From sequence record SRR20825006_2952: a stretch of DNA of 48,674 bases. One strand, given 5' to 3'. This document shows, piece by piece, positions 1 to 9,384 of this stretch. Each line of letters opens with the position of its first letter. Position 1 is the first letter of the stretch. A program made the translations under genes and the position numbers. Under the pieces are notes generated by a model. It did not search any database. It was not told the origin of the DNA and worked only from the letters and a program-made list of their open reading frames with translations.

Positions 1-594
1 CCAAAACCAATCGCCATTATGCTCATGAAAAGGTCTGAATATTATTGGAATTGCTTCGCCATTATCACCTTTTAACTCTTGAGCAAATGCTGCGAAAGAA
101 TCTAACCATTCTCTAAAAAGCTCGTGATTTGTCTGACCTGGCAAAATATTCGTTGGTTCGCCTAAATCTTCCCATGATCCTTTTCCTGTTTCGGGATGAT
201 TCATATGCCAACTAATAGTTATTACGCCACCTCTGCTATAACCGTCTTTAATCCAGCCTTTCATTTGCTCAAAGTTTACACCATCAAGGTTTGCTTCAGC
301 ACTGTCTTTCTCAAGATCTCCAATATCCCATCCATAAACGGCGGGATAAGAACCTGTACTCTCTTTAACATCAGAACGTCCTTCTTCAGCCCACCAAGAA
401 TGTCCATAGGCTAGGTCATCTTGATGACCGTACAGCACATAATCTTTAGATGTATTTTTAAGATTTTCATAAAGGGCTATTGTTTCAGAAGTAGCACTTT
501 GGTCTATCAAGGTTGAAGTAAATTTCTCCTCTCCTGAGCTACAGCTAATAAAAAATAGAACTGGGATTAAAAATAGAGAGCTAATAGATTTCAT
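1..594 (-). CDS. GH26 beta-mannanase lipoprotein, 5' part (runs off the window's left edge; absent from the ORF track)
   Basis: Manual translation from ATG at 594: MKSISSLFLIPVLFFISCSSGEEK...YGHQDDLAYGHSWWAEEGRSDVKESTGSYPAVYGWDIGD...FRPFHEHNGDWFW. Lipobox FISC; GH26 acid/base motif RPFHE; close paralog of 605..1759. Confidence 0.92.
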   Translation of the reverse strand, partial: MKSISSLFLIPVLFFISCSSGEEKFTSTLIDQSATSETIALYENLKNTSKDYVLYGHQDDLAYGHSWWAEEGRSDVKESTGSYPAVYGWDIGDLEKDSAEANLDGVNFEQMKGWIKDGYSRGGVITISWHMNHPETGKGSWEDLGEPTNILPGQTNHELFREWLDSFAAFAQELKGDNGEAIPIIFRPFHEHNGDWFW

Positions 595-604
595 AACAGA
601 GACT

Positions 605-1759
605 TTAGTTGTTCAATGTGTACATATTCGGCAAGTCGTCTTCAAAAAACATAATCTCGGCATCTTTAAACTTTTTCATATCGGGAGCGCTGCTATGGCC
701 AGGATAAGAACTATAGAAATGCTCTCTATTTTCTCTTTGCTGATTCGCGTTTCTCCATGCCAACACATATGAGATTTCAGAAGCTTTAGGGTTTAAAGTG
801 AGTGCTTTTAATAGTGATTCAGTAAACCAATTCTCATATACTATCTTTTCTTGTCCAGTTTCAGTAAGAGCTGCAATTTTATTTCTTTTATCTGCTTCTT
901 CTACAATATTTGCCAAAGCATTACTTAGTGCTTCTACATCATTTTTACCATCCATAAAGCTACCATAGTCATCGTAACCTAGAATATCCACATAGTCATC
1001 GCCAGGGTATTTTTCCATGTATTTATCTCCTCTTTCTTTGGAACCACCATCAGGAGAATAGGCATACAGAAGATTATGAAGTTGTTTTTCATCTCTAAGA
1101 TATTCAACCGTAAATCTCCAAAGAGTTATGTATTCTTCAACTGTTGTTTGTTTTTCACCCCACCAAAACCAATCTGCAGTATGTTCGTGATATGGTCTGA
1201 AAATAATTGGAATGGCCTCGCCATTTTCACCCTTTAAATCATTTATGAAATCAGCGAAAATATCTAACCAAGAAACGAATTTCTCATGTTGGCTACCGCC
1301 AGGAATGATTTCGGATACAGCGGGGGTCATATCCCAAGTGTTACCATCGGTAACTGGATGATTCATGTGCCAACTGATAGTGTTAATTCCACCTCTTGAG
1401 TACGCTTCTTTAACCCATCCCTTTATACTTTCGAAATTTACGCTATCTAGGCTAGCCTCAACTCCTTGGCGAAGATCTCCTAATTCCCAACCATAAACCG
1501 CGGGATATGAGCCTGTAACTTCTTTTACATCAGAGCGACCTGGCTCAGCCCACCAATCGTGTCCATAGGCCAAATCATCTTGATGTCCATAAAGAATGTT
1601 CGTTTTTGCCAATTGCTTAAGGTTATAGTAAAGGGCTTTAGTTTCGGCTGTTGCATTTTTATCGATGGGTAAGTCCTTATCCTCAATAACGTTTTTCTGG
1701 GCGCAAGCCATCCCCACACCAATAATAATGAGCAGTGATAAAATTGTTGTTTTAACCAT
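605..1759 (-). CDS. GH26 beta-1,4-mannanase (probably mannobiose-producing), lipoprotein
   Basis: GHQDDLAYG, SWHMNHP, RPYHEHTADWFWWG (acid/base Glu), YPGDDYVDILGYDDY, ALTETG (nucleophile); lipobox GMAC. Confidence 0.93.
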   Translation of the reverse strand: MVKTTILSLLIIIGVGMACAQKNVIEDKDLPIDKNATAETKALYYNLKQLAKTNILYGHQDDLAYGHDWWAEPGRSDVKEVTGSYPAVYGWELGDLRQGVEASLDSVNFESIKGWVKEAYSRGGINTISWHMNHPVTDGNTWDMTPAVSEIIPGGSQHEKFVSWLDIFADFINDLKGENGEAIPIIFRPYHEHTADWFWWGEKQTTVEEYITLWRFTVEYLRDEKQLHNLLYAYSPDGGSKERGDKYMEKYPGDDYVDILGYDDYGSFMDGKNDVEALSNALANIVEEADKRNKIAALTETGQEKIVYENWFTESLLKALTLNPKASEISYVLAWRNANQQRENREHFYSSYPGHSSAPDMKKFKDAEIMFFEDDLPNMYTLNN

Positions 1760-1770
1760 GATAGATTGGA

Positions 1771-3540
1771 CTATTTAATTTTTGTTAAGATTATTCTTTT
1801 TAGATCGATACTTGAATTTCCTGGAATGAGATTAGCTCTTAATTTTAGCTGTTGATTTCCCTTCTCTAAATGAAGTAATCCGAGAGGTATCCTGCCCCAT
1901 TTCTGTTCATAAACCTCTCCTCTTTCAACTCTGTCTGGGCTAGAAACTTGAACAGCTATATATGAGCTACTAAATGTATATTTGATTTCATCTACATCAC
2001 TTGAAACTGTAATAGCGGTGCCAACATTTTCTTCCTCCAAAGAGTACAGAGCTTCAACTATATAATTTCCTTCTTCAATTACATCTAAATCCCACCAGAT
2101 TTTATCTGATGTAGCAGTCCAGTTAGTGAGCCAATCGTTAGACCATCCAGACTTTCCTTTGAAAGCTATATTTCCTGAAAAATAGCTTTCTGTAGCTGGT
2201 AGACTTGTTGAGGGAGCCGCATTATAACCAACTGGAACTGGCATTCTTCCTTTAAACTCTTTAGTGATTTCAACAAACCATTCGTCGTAAGCTTGGCTCA
2301 TTTCTTTCACAATCTCAGTATTCTGTTCCGCTATATTCGTTAGCTGCGAGGAATCATTTTCCATATCGTAGAGCTCCCAAGTGCCATTATAATTCACTAA
2401 ACGATAGGTATTATCTCTTACGGATGATGGGTACTGCTCAAGCGAATCCCAACGTGATTGATGCGTAAATAAATACCTATTTGGCCAATCTGATTGTTCC
2501 TCAAAAAGTAGTGGTGCAAAGCTTTTCCCGTCTAGGGGATTTATTTCTTCATACTGAATACCTGCCAAATCAACCAATGTCGGGAGCACATCGATATGTG
2601 CGGTTAGTTCTGTGATGGAAGTTGCTGGTTTAATTTTTCCTGGCCATCGTATAAAGAGCGGAACCCGAACGCCACCTTCATCAACTTTTGCTTTCCATCC
2701 TTTCATATTTCCATTAAACCGATCGCCACCATTAGGGCCGTTGTCGGTGAGAAAGATCACGATGGTTTCTTCAGCAATATTTAATTCATCAAGCTTATTT
2801 AAAATACGACCTAGATTCTCGTCTACATTCTCGACCATCCCATAAACAGTGGCGTTTTTATCGCTGAGACCTCTTTCTTTATACTTTTGAAAGTATGTTT
2901 CAGGAACCTGAAACGGACTGTGGGGCGCATTGTAGGGAACGTATGCGAGGAAAGGTTGTTCTTTATTTCTCTCAATAAAAGCGAGTGCGGAATCGGTTAA
3001 AACATCAGTTATAAAACCTTCTGTTTTTACAGGCTTTCCATTGTATTCTAGCTCGCTATCAAAATAGTTATTAAAGTGGCCCATTTTGAAGCCAAAGAAT
3101 GTATCAAATCCTTGCCCTATTGGATCCATTGGGTAGTGAGAACCGTTATGCCATTTACCAAATAACCCCGTTTTATAACCTGCTTTTTTAAATACTTCGG
3201 CAAAGGTAACTTCATCAGCTCTCATGTTTTCAAGCCCATAAGTTACCCATTGAGTTCCTGTTCTTAGATGATCTCTACCTGTAAGTAAACTAGCTCTAGT
3301 TGGTGCACAAACCGGGCTCACAAAAAAGCGATGAAAACGAGCTCCTTCGTTTGCCAATCTATCCATAATGGGAGTATCAATTTGCGGGTTTCCATGACTT
3401 TTAATATCTCCCCAGCCCTGATCATCTGTCATTACGATAATAATATTCGGGAATTTTTGATTCTCCTGAACTTTACTACAAGCAATAAATCCCCATAAGA
3501 GAATGGGAATAAGCTTAAGATATGTAGTTTGTTTTTTCAT
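1771..3540 (-). CDS. Formylglycine-dependent (S1) sulfatase, lipoprotein, with C-terminal beta-sandwich extension
   Basis: PNIIIVMTDDQGWGD, catalytic CAPTRASLLTG (CxPxR), GYKTGLFGKWH, APHSP, TDNG; lipobox FIAC. Confidence 0.93.
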   Translation of the reverse strand: MKKQTTYLKLIPILLWGFIACSKVQENQKFPNIIIVMTDDQGWGDIKSHGNPQIDTPIMDRLANEGARFHRFFVSPVCAPTRASLLTGRDHLRTGTQWVTYGLENMRADEVTFAEVFKKAGYKTGLFGKWHNGSHYPMDPIGQGFDTFFGFKMGHFNNYFDSELEYNGKPVKTEGFITDVLTDSALAFIERNKEQPFLAYVPYNAPHSPFQVPETYFQKYKERGLSDKNATVYGMVENVDENLGRILNKLDELNIAEETIVIFLTDNGPNGGDRFNGNMKGWKAKVDEGGVRVPLFIRWPGKIKPATSITELTAHIDVLPTLVDLAGIQYEEINPLDGKSFAPLLFEEQSDWPNRYLFTHQSRWDSLEQYPSSVRDNTYRLVNYNGTWELYDMENDSSQLTNIAEQNTEIVKEMSQAYDEWFVEITKEFKGRMPVPVGYNAAPSTSLPATESYFSGNIAFKGKSGWSNDWLTNWTATSDKIWWDLDVIEEGNYIVEALYSLEEENVGTAITVSSDVDEIKYTFSSSYIAVQVSSPDRVERGEVYEQKWGRIPLGLLHLEKGNQQLKLRANLIPGNSSIDLKRIILTKIK

Positions 3541-3572
3541 ATTACGATAGAAATTGAGCTTATCACTTTGCC

Positions 3573-5312
3573 TTATTTTATGAGTGAAATTCGATGATTA
3601 ATCCATTTCTCTCCATCAAAAAGCTGCACGATATACACGCCTGATGACAAGTTCTCTCCACTGAACGGAAGCTTATGTTCACCACTTCCTAAGTTCATGG
3701 TGCGAGTTGTTCCGATTTGCCGGCCAATACTGTCCATAACTTTCATTTTAACGGTTGAAGCATGGCGCAATTCTAAAAGAATGGTTGTTTCAGGATTGAA
3801 GGGATTTGGATAATTACTTACTACCGTACTAGGTGTATCGATGTATTCAGTTTCTGTTGAAGACAGCACTGCCCAATTTGGAACATCTCCCCTGTTTAGA
3901 ACTAGCGAATGGCTAACAACTTCAGACAATTCATTATTAGGAATGGAGCGAATAAAATCGCCACTCCATAGAGAAAACCAAAGCCATGTAGTACCATGAG
4001 TTTCGTTGAATTTGGGAAGTGGTAATGTTCCCGATTCGGTAAGAGCAATCATTTTATGTCCATTAAACTGATCGAATGTCTGCTCCCATTGCGTACTCAT
4101 AGACGCTCCTTTTTCCGTGTAAATATCATGACCTATGATATCCACCCATTCATCACCAGGATACCAATCGCTATCGCCCGTAGTGTATACCCAAATTAAG
4201 TTATGCAACTGATGATAATCTCTTAAACGAACAACTAATAATCTCCAAAGCTCAATATAAGAGTCGCCATCTTGAGCTCCCCACCAAAACCATCCGCCAG
4301 AGGCTTCATGCAAAGGTCTCCATAAAATGGGAATATCAGCATCTTCAAACTTCTGAAGCTGAACTGCAATAGCGTCAATATCCCTAAGCATGAGTTTATA
4401 TCGCTCGGAATTTGTGTCTGCTAATGCCTCTGCAAAGTTGAATGTGGTAGCATAGGTATAAAAACCTCTCCACCATTCTTTACCTGATGTGTTTATCAAA
4501 TCAGTAGGTGCATTCCAATGCCAACTTGAGCCAATGATGCCATTTCCATCGTCTTTTTGAGCCCATGAAATACTTTTTTCGACTAGAGATTTTGTATTAG
4601 AACCATGTTCAATTCTAGATGGGGAATAATCAATCAAATCAATATTAGCGATGGCAGGTTCAAGCCGTGTCACTCTTTCGATGTAGTCTACATCTTCTAG
4701 TGTTTGCTGACCAGAAAGTGTTTTCTTGCCGTAAATGCTCTTTAAGTAATTAAAAAGGTTTTCTGTCTTTTGTGAAGCTAAAGAATCGATTAAATCATCT
4801 TCAGGATATTCTAAAGCAGGGACTTCTGTTTTTGACAGGCGAATGTAATCAAGTTCATACCAACCCCAACCTTTATGAATTACGAAGGTATTATCACCTT
4901 CTTTAAGCAACACTTTTCCGATAGGAAGGTTTTTAAATATATCGCTCTCGGGTAAAGTACCAGTGAAAATCTCCTCGTTTACTTTGAGCTCAAATCCTTT
5001 TTGCCCATTTGGAGTTCTATAACCTAAATAAAGGGAGTAAAGCGATTCCTCTTCTATTGAAACCGTAAATGTAGCTTTGCTGTCTTCACTGGTAATATCG
5101 GTTAAATATCCAGCACCTGAATAACCAGGGGCATCATTCCCAACTATGATATTATGTAATTCAGCTTGTTCGAGCTCATACCAAATTTCTTGAGCTTTTG
5201 CCTCAATTACAAAAAAAGAGCTCGTCATGAATAATATAAACACACTCAAAACGAATATGTTTACTGGCTTTGAAAACCGAATTTGAAGGTGCGATAGCAT
5301 GACACACCTCAA
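3573..5312 (-). CDS. Modular GH26 endo-mannanase: CBM35 + GH26 + T9SS C-terminal domain
   Basis: N-terminal YELEQA...GYSGAGY...GWGWYELDYI (CBM35-like); WHWNAP, WRPLHEASGGWFWWG, WYPGDEWVDIIGHD, ALTESG; C-terminal NYPNPFNP...LSSGVY...ISLIK. Start may be TTG 5312 (overlaps upstream stop) or ATG 5300. Confidence 0.9.
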   Translation of the reverse strand: MRCVMLSHLQIRFSKPVNIFVLSVFILFMTSSFFVIEAKAQEIWYELEQAELHNIIVGNDAPGYSGAGYLTDITSEDSKATFTVSIEEESLYSLYLGYRTPNGQKGFELKVNEEIFTGTLPESDIFKNLPIGKVLLKEGDNTFVIHKGWGWYELDYIRLSKTEVPALEYPEDDLIDSLASQKTENLFNYLKSIYGKKTLSGQQTLEDVDYIERVTRLEPAIANIDLIDYSPSRIEHGSNTKSLVEKSISWAQKDDGNGIIGSSWHWNAPTDLINTSGKEWWRGFYTYATTFNFAEALADTNSERYKLMLRDIDAIAVQLQKFEDADIPILWRPLHEASGGWFWWGAQDGDSYIELWRLLVVRLRDYHQLHNLIWVYTTGDSDWYPGDEWVDIIGHDIYTEKGASMSTQWEQTFDQFNGHKMIALTESGTLPLPKFNETHGTTWLWFSLWSGDFIRSIPNNELSEVVSHSLVLNRGDVPNWAVLSSTETEYIDTPSTVVSNYPNPFNPETTILLELRHASTVKMKVMDSIGRQIGTTRTMNLGSGEHKLPFSGENLSSGVYIVQLFDGEKWINHRISLIK

Positions 5313-6613
5313 TGCTTATTTAACTTTTGCGCGTGTTTTTTAATAATAGCTAAAGTTGAAGAATCATCTGCAAAGACTGAGTTAAGACCTTGTGGCTCTT
5401 GGGGTGGATCGCCCGTAAAAGGATCACCAACTCTCCATTTTGCATCTTCGTGTTGTTTAACTCCTAAGCCGCCCCAGCTCCAAAAGTTTGAGCCCGCAAA
5501 AGCATCGTTAGCTTCAACCATTTCAAAAACCATTGCGTAATATTTATTTCGGTATTCTACCGATGAACCAGGCTCTGTGCTTTCATAATCACGACCTAGA
5601 CCAAATTCTTCCATCACAATGGGTTTTTGTAATTCTTTTGCTACACTTAGATGAGATGTAATATACTCTGTTGCATTTTTGATGGTATTCGGGAAGGTTC
5701 CTTCCATATCGTCTGCTTTAAACCATCCCCAATTCTTAGCCCACATGTGGAATGTTAGATAATCGATATTTGGACTTTTATGCGTTTCCACGAAAACTTC
5801 CATAGAATCTAAACTTCCAGTTTTCCCTTCACTACCAGTAGAAACGAGGTGATTAGAATCTAGAGATTTTATATAGCCCGCAGTTTTATGAACCCAATCT
5901 ATATACACTGGAATATCAGGTATACTGCGCGCTCCACGGCCAGGACGCGGTTCATTTGCCAACTGCCAAGACATAATGGTTGGGTCGTTAGCATAAATTG
6001 TATTTGTAACTGTATTTGTTCGGCTCACAAGAAATTTGATATACTTTCTAAAAGCTTCTTGAGCCTTTTCATTTTTGTAGAATTGTGCTACTTGGTACAT
6101 ATAAGCTTCCCAATCTCCATCGGCTGGGTCCACTATTGGGCCATCACCATACCAAGAGTTGTACACCATCATTCCGCCAGACCATTCCCAATAGTTATTC
6201 AGAAAGATTACTGCTTTCATATCTCTTTTCGCCATTTCTGCAAGTAGATAATCAAGCCCAACAAGTAACTCTTCGTTATAGCTACCATCTGGTTTAAGAA
6301 TGGTCGGCTTCAATGAATTTTCAAAATCAGACTCTTCAGATGCACCTAAAATTCGAAGGTTTGTGACACCATTCTCAACTAGGATATCAAGCTCAGCTTC
6401 TAATCGTTCTCGATCTCCATTCTCACCAGACATTCCTAAATAAGCACCATACCAAAAATTTGTACCTACGTAATTATAGGGTTCACCATCAATTAAGAAT
6501 TGAGTTTTATCAACCTTAACAAAGCCACTATTCTCTTTTTTTTGAGGACTTGAACACGCCATAGAAAGTGCAACACCAACTATGATCATTAATTTTAAAA
6601 CCTGTTGATTCAT
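5309..6613 (-). CDS. GH5 subfamily 7 beta-mannanase/exo-beta-mannosidase, lipoprotein
   Basis: GTNFWYGAYLG, NNYWEWSGGM, WQLANEPRP (acid/base), YLTFHMW, MEEFG (nucleophile), GDPPQE loop; recalled close resemblance to Cellvibrio mixtus Man5A; lipobox SMAC. Confidence 0.9.
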   Translation of the reverse strand: MNQQVLKLMIIVGVALSMACSSPQKKENSGFVKVDKTQFLIDGEPYNYVGTNFWYGAYLGMSGENGDRERLEAELDILVENGVTNLRILGASEESDFENSLKPTILKPDGSYNEELLVGLDYLLAEMAKRDMKAVIFLNNYWEWSGGMMVYNSWYGDGPIVDPADGDWEAYMYQVAQFYKNEKAQEAFRKYIKFLVSRTNTVTNTIYANDPTIMSWQLANEPRPGRGARSIPDIPVYIDWVHKTAGYIKSLDSNHLVSTGSEGKTGSLDSMEVFVETHKSPNIDYLTFHMWAKNWGWFKADDMEGTFPNTIKNATEYITSHLSVAKELQKPIVMEEFGLGRDYESTEPGSSVEYRNKYYAMVFEMVEANDAFAGSNFWSWGGLGVKQHEDAKWRVGDPFTGDPPQEPQGLNSVFADDSSTLAIIKKHAQKLNKH

Positions 6614-6631
6614 GAGTCTAAGCCTGTTTTT

Positions 6632-9373
6632 CTACTTGATAAGAACCATTTTTTTTGAGATATCCTTACCACCAACACTTAGTTTGTACAAGTACACTCC
6701 ACTTGCCATTGTTGAGGCATCCCAAGTTGCTGTGTACGAGCCTGCCGATTGGCGACCGTTCACTAGTTGCTCTACTTCTTGCCCTAAAAGATTGTACACA
6801 CTTAAACGTACATTTGCAGTTTGAGGCAAGGTGTAAACTATATTTGTTGTCGGATTGAATGGATTTGGATAGTTCTGCTGAAGTACTATATCTTTTGGCA
6901 AAAAGCTGTCTTCTTCATTTGCTATTGGAATATCTTGAGCAGTTATTTCGATATAATCGAAACGCATATAACCCCAGTAATGATCAATTGCTATAGAGGT
7001 AAGTGGGCCTTCAGACGAAATTGTTGTTTTTAGACTTTGCCACTCTTCTACCGGTAGATTGAATTTTAGAGTATCAACGATATTCCCGTTAACCATCAAC
7101 TCTTGCTCTTTATAGTCGAAAGGTAAAAAGTATCGAATGGTAATATCATACTCTTCTGCCTCTGGGAATGTTAAATTGTCCCAGGTAATCCGTCCACTTC
7201 CTTCCATACTGACAGCTATACCACGGCTAGCTCCACTTTCGCCCAGTTTTATTGAGGTCGCACCTGTTAGAGTTGCGTCTTCTGCTTCCAACCTAACTAC
7301 AACAATATCTGTTCGCCCTTCTACAGTAACTGGATAAGACTGAACAATAAACCCTTCGTCATCTTTTGCTTTTGCGTAGATGGTGTGCTCACCTTCAGTA
7401 ATATCAGAGAAAGTGAACGCATAAGGAGCGGTAGCATCTACCCCAACAGAATCACCATTAACAAAAAATGATACGTATTCTATCGTTCCGTTGATGTCGG
7501 TTGCTTCTACTTTTACTTCTACATCTCCACCAACTGGTACAGCTTTATAGTTTGATGGGGAGACGATTGCAATGCTAGGTGGCTGTTCTACTGAAACAGA
7601 ACCACGTACTTCGAATTCCCACAGAGAATGACCAAAAGTTGGTGTTTTAGCTGTTCCATGCATCCGAATAAACCGTGCAAACTCGGGTTCAGAAAAAGCT
7701 ATAGAGTCAATTCCACCATCAGCATTATTATCTGTATAAACCGTTGTCCAGCTTTGTCCATCTAATGATGTTTGTAAGCTGTATTCCGTTGAATGGGCAT
7801 CTTCCCAATTAAGAAGTACTGAACCGACTTTATGAGCTTTCTCCAAATCAACTTCTATCCATTCGTCCTCAGGATTCTCATCGGTGTTTGGATCTTCATC
7901 TGTTAGTCCGCTACCGTCGCTCCAAGCGCTACTCCATCTAGTAGTTGTATCGCCATCAAAAGCGAGTGTGGACACACGATCTTCGCCACAACAAGTTTCA
8001 AACGTTGAAGCCCTTGAAGGTTTCCCTAACGCTCTGTTTATAAGCCCCGCAGGAACTACATTGATAGTTACGCTACTTGAATCTTTGGCACCTTCAGCAC
8101 CTGTTGCAATTAGTGTAAATGTAGTAGTCTCGGTAAGAGTTTCAATTTGTGAGCCTTCTTCAGCATCAACTGAAACTCCATTCAACGTTACCGTCTCTGC
8201 ATTAAATACTACCCAGTGAAGCTCTGTTTGTCCACCGGCTTCAACTTCTGGAATGGAGGCTCTAAATTCACGAACTATTGGTGAATAATTAATGATACTA
8301 ACATCTTCGAAATAAGTATCTCGCATGTAGCTCATTTGATCCAAACCACGTAACCAGCTTGGTCCATAAGTTCCTCTATCTTGAGCCCAATCAACCCACT
8401 GCCAAACCAATGCACCAGCGTAACCTCTGTTGTAAAGCGTCTCGTAAAGATCCTCTTTTGGTATACCATAAAGTGATGACGAAGGAACACCAAACTCTCC
8501 AATTACTAATGGTTTGTCTAAATTCCATGTCGACTTATCATGGTGAAACGGAGATAAGTCTGTACCAAAAGATTCATAATAGTGAACCATATAAAAATCT
8601 AACGTACCCAAAGAATCCCCACCAGCTGCAATAAGTTCAGCGTCGGAGTAATAGTTTTTGGATTTACTTCTAGAGGTAGTAGCAAGAGCACTAAAGCTCC
8701 AAGCGCCATTCGAAACTTGGGCATTAGGATTCGTTCGATGTATAGCACCCGCAGTTTGGTTTACAAAGCGTTGAATATTTGCCATTGCCGTGTGGCGAAT
8801 ATCTCCCCAACCAAACTCATTACTCATACCTTCAGGCTCGTTAAATATTTCCCAAGCTTGCAGTGCTGGGTGGTCGCCTAAAGCTTCAACCATAGGTATA
8901 AGTGAGTTTTGTATATAAAGTTCGGTTAGTGTAGAGTCTTCTAACAACGCTTTAGCACGATTTGTTATGGTTGTGCCAGAAGATGTTCTTAGCATATCGA
9001 ACGACCAAAGACAAAGAACTAGACTAACGTTATTCTCCCAAGCCATATCAAGAATAGTTCGCATATCTTCGATGGTACCTACGCCAGGACCTGTTACTTC
9101 ATTTCCGTCCCAACTTGGAGTACTTCTCCCATCAATATGAGTCCAAAAGCGCATGGTGTTTCCCCCATTCTCTCTAACTTGGGTAAACATGCTTTCAAAA
9201 TCATTAAGAGGTGTGTTACCTGGCCCAATATCTCTACCAAAATTAACCCAAGCAATATTCCCTCCATTAACCCACAAATCTTGGTTGTTATAGTGTATTC
9301 TATTATCAACTTGGCTGTATGAGTTAGCAGAAAGGCTAATACAGATTAACAGAAAGAGAAGGCTTTTTTTCAT
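6632..9373 (-). CDS. Modular GH5 (subfamily 10-like) mannanase + CBM32/F5-8 type C + Ig-like + CBM35-like + T9SS CTD
   Basis: GGNIAWVNFGRD, GGNTMRFWTHIDG, WEIFNEPEG, DFYMVHYY, VIGEF; AFDGDTTTRWSS...EWIEVDL...SLWEFEV (CBM32); PPSIAIVSP...APY (Ig-like); LEAEDA...YWGYMRFDYI (CBM35-like); QNYPNPFNP...KMVLIK. Confidence 0.88.
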   Translation of the reverse strand: MKKSLLFLLICISLSANSYSQVDNRIHYNNQDLWVNGGNIAWVNFGRDIGPGNTPLNDFESMFTQVRENGGNTMRFWTHIDGRSTPSWDGNEVTGPGVGTIEDMRTILDMAWENNVSLVLCLWSFDMLRTSSGTTITNRAKALLEDSTLTELYIQNSLIPMVEALGDHPALQAWEIFNEPEGMSNEFGWGDIRHTAMANIQRFVNQTAGAIHRTNPNAQVSNGAWSFSALATTSRSKSKNYYSDAELIAAGGDSLGTLDFYMVHYYESFGTDLSPFHHDKSTWNLDKPLVIGEFGVPSSSLYGIPKEDLYETLYNRGYAGALVWQWVDWAQDRGTYGPSWLRGLDQMSYMRDTYFEDVSIINYSPIVREFRASIPEVEAGGQTELHWVVFNAETVTLNGVSVDAEEGSQIETLTETTTFTLIATGAEGAKDSSSVTINVVPAGLINRALGKPSRASTFETCCGEDRVSTLAFDGDTTTRWSSAWSDGSGLTDEDPNTDENPEDEWIEVDLEKAHKVGSVLLNWEDAHSTEYSLQTSLDGQSWTTVYTDNNADGGIDSIAFSEPEFARFIRMHGTAKTPTFGHSLWEFEVRGSVSVEQPPSIAIVSPSNYKAVPVGGDVEVKVEATDINGTIEYVSFFVNGDSVGVDATAPYAFTFSDITEGEHTIYAKAKDDEGFIVQSYPVTVEGRTDIVVVRLEAEDATLTGATSIKLGESGASRGIAVSMEGSGRITWDNLTFPEAEEYDITIRYFLPFDYKEQELMVNGNIVDTLKFNLPVEEWQSLKTTISSEGPLTSIAIDHYWGYMRFDYIEITAQDIPIANEEDSFLPKDIVLQQNYPNPFNPTTNIVYTLPQTANVRLSVYNLLGQEVEQLVNGRQSAGSYTATWDASTMASGVYLYKLSVGGKDISKKMVLIK

Positions 9374-9384
9374 AAATCTATACG

